9,814 nucleotides of DNA, taken from assembly GCA_051294375.1 (NCBI GenBank), contig JBJCIZ010000249.1, positions 1-9,814 of the forward strand, written 5' to 3'. Origin of the DNA: Paraspadella gotoi (taxonomy: Eukaryota > Animalia > Chaetognatha). Below are positions 8,361 through 9,814 of this stretch, piece after piece. Position numbers and translations under genes: made by a program. Position 1 is the first letter of the stretch, and each line of letters begins with the position of its first letter. The notes beneath the pieces are model-generated. The model searched no databases. It was not told the origin of the DNA and saw only the letters and a program-made list of their open reading frames with translations.

Positions 8361-9208
8361 TAGGTCACCTAAATTCCCACCAACACTTTCAACATCCCGA
8401 TAGTTCTTTAATCCATATCTACAAATGCAATTCCGGATGGATGGATTTTTTTAAAATATTTCCAAACATATTTATTGATTATACAAGATACAATAATTTT
8501 AAAGTCTGAGCCAAAAAATGACGCCCCCTAGATATTTTGGGAAAACAAAGGCACAAATTATAAAACTGAAAGTCGCGTGTGTAAGCTTATGATTTTTGAA
8601 AAACTTTTTTTTTCCAAAATTTCCCCAAATGAAAATTAAGACTTTACGAGCAGGCGAAAAATGCTGAAGCGTAATTCGTATTTTTAAGATTGTAGCGAGA
8701 AAGCTCATAAACTTGAGCCCAAAAAGTGCAATTCAGGGGATTATCTTATTCTTTAATTTATTAGCATAGTGTTTAATTGAAGTGTCGTTATCCCCTCGTA
8801 GTCTGTTCCATACCTGAGTGTTAATATAAATAATACGATATCGCCCAGTCTTAGTTGAATATAACATTTTTTACGATAAGTTTTTTTTCCGGCCCCTGAT
8901 TTCCTTTGATTTTTCTCATTTTTTTTTTTTACGACTGCAAGTGGCTGAGAAGACATGTTAACCCAGTTACATCGATATAGCTTCATTGACCCGAAACTAC
9001 GCTGTGTACAAAAAACTCAAAATTCTTGTGTACTACGAAAAAAAAAGATTGATAGAAACTCGTCTTTTTAACCGTAATGTTCTAATAGTTCACTTTTATG
9101 TCATAAGTCCTCTATATTAGCCTTTCGTTTTTATTTAATTTCTTTCCTCCTTATGCTAATATTATATATATTATAACATTTTTTGATTAATCTTATGGAC
9201 GACAAAGC
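8343..9208 (+). repeat. Right copy of the long diverged direct repeat
   Basis: Same anchors as 1-568; this copy is longer, with many small extra bases. Confidence 0.9.
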
Positions 9209-9390
9209 AACAATTTGACATCAGTGCGTGAGGTACAAGTACTCAATATGTTAATGACTCATGACATAGTTCATTATAATGACTCCCCAAAAAACTTTTT
9301 CGTTTTGTCCTTATCTATATCTTTTTTGTATCAAGGAATAATATTTTTACTTGAAACAGACGAAATAATTTCTCAAGCAGAATCGCCATA

Positions 9391-9711
9391 NNNNNNNNNN
9401 NNNNNNNNNNNNNNNTTGTTTTTCACATAAGTATTCGTTTTTATTATAGTAGTCTCTAGTAGAAATTAATACTTTCATTTTTCTTGCTAGGTTTCAAAGA
9501 TGANNNNNNNNNNNNNNNNNNNNNNNNNNNNNNNNNNNNNNNNNNNNNNNNNNNNNNNNNNNNNNNNNNNNNNNNNNNNNNNNNNNNNNNNNNNNNNNNN
9601 NNNNNNNNNNNNNNNNNNNNNNNNNNNNNNNNNNNNNNNNNNNNNNNNNNNNNNNNNNNNNNNNNNNNNNNNNNNNNNNNNNNNNNNNNNNNNNNNNNNN
9701 NNNNNNNNNNN
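9391..9711. other. Assembly gaps or masked runs (9391-9415, 9504-9711)
   Basis: Runs of N. Confidence 0.99.
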
Positions 9712-9814
9712 GTATGTGACTTTCTTAAATCCTAGATAATTTACTGTTAAGAAAATGAAAAAACTGTTTAAAACATATTTACATTTTTAAATATTTTTGT
9801 TGTACAAAAGTTTT

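Noticed and set aside
1-9208. LTR retrotransposon or composite transposon reading of the flanking direct repeats
   Set aside because: No TG..CA ends, primer-binding site, gag/pol or transposase motifs seen. The interior is an intron-containing peptidase-like gene and the repeat seems to overlap its 5' part.

Overview
Eukaryotic genomic DNA, probably nematode-like (TTTCAG/TTTTAG-type acceptors, several 34-38 nt GT-AG introns). It has six N gaps and looks very indel-noisy, like uncorrected or partly corrected long-read sequence. No ORF in the supplied track is a whole gene. Read across frameshifts, the minus strand from about 8360 down to about 730 gives fragments resembling an M1-family (aminopeptidase N/ERAP1-like) metallopeptidase, in the expected order: CFD, IYVWG, YPVSxxLDL, a GAMEN-like remnant, HETA, LFLQ, WFIG..YRVT.EENY, NR...FLDDL, EDAALPW and FKPYIYFLIQP. 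This is pattern recognition, not a database hit. A diverged direct repeat (1-568 vs 8343-9208) brackets the gene and seems to include its 5' end, suggesting a tandem gene duplication. Also present: a ~75-bp exonic triplication in which only one copy appears to carry an intron, an 18-bp minisatellite, a (TC)14 microsatellite and an A23 tract. I found no convincing prokaryotic, CRISPR or transposase system. Sequence error limits every call.
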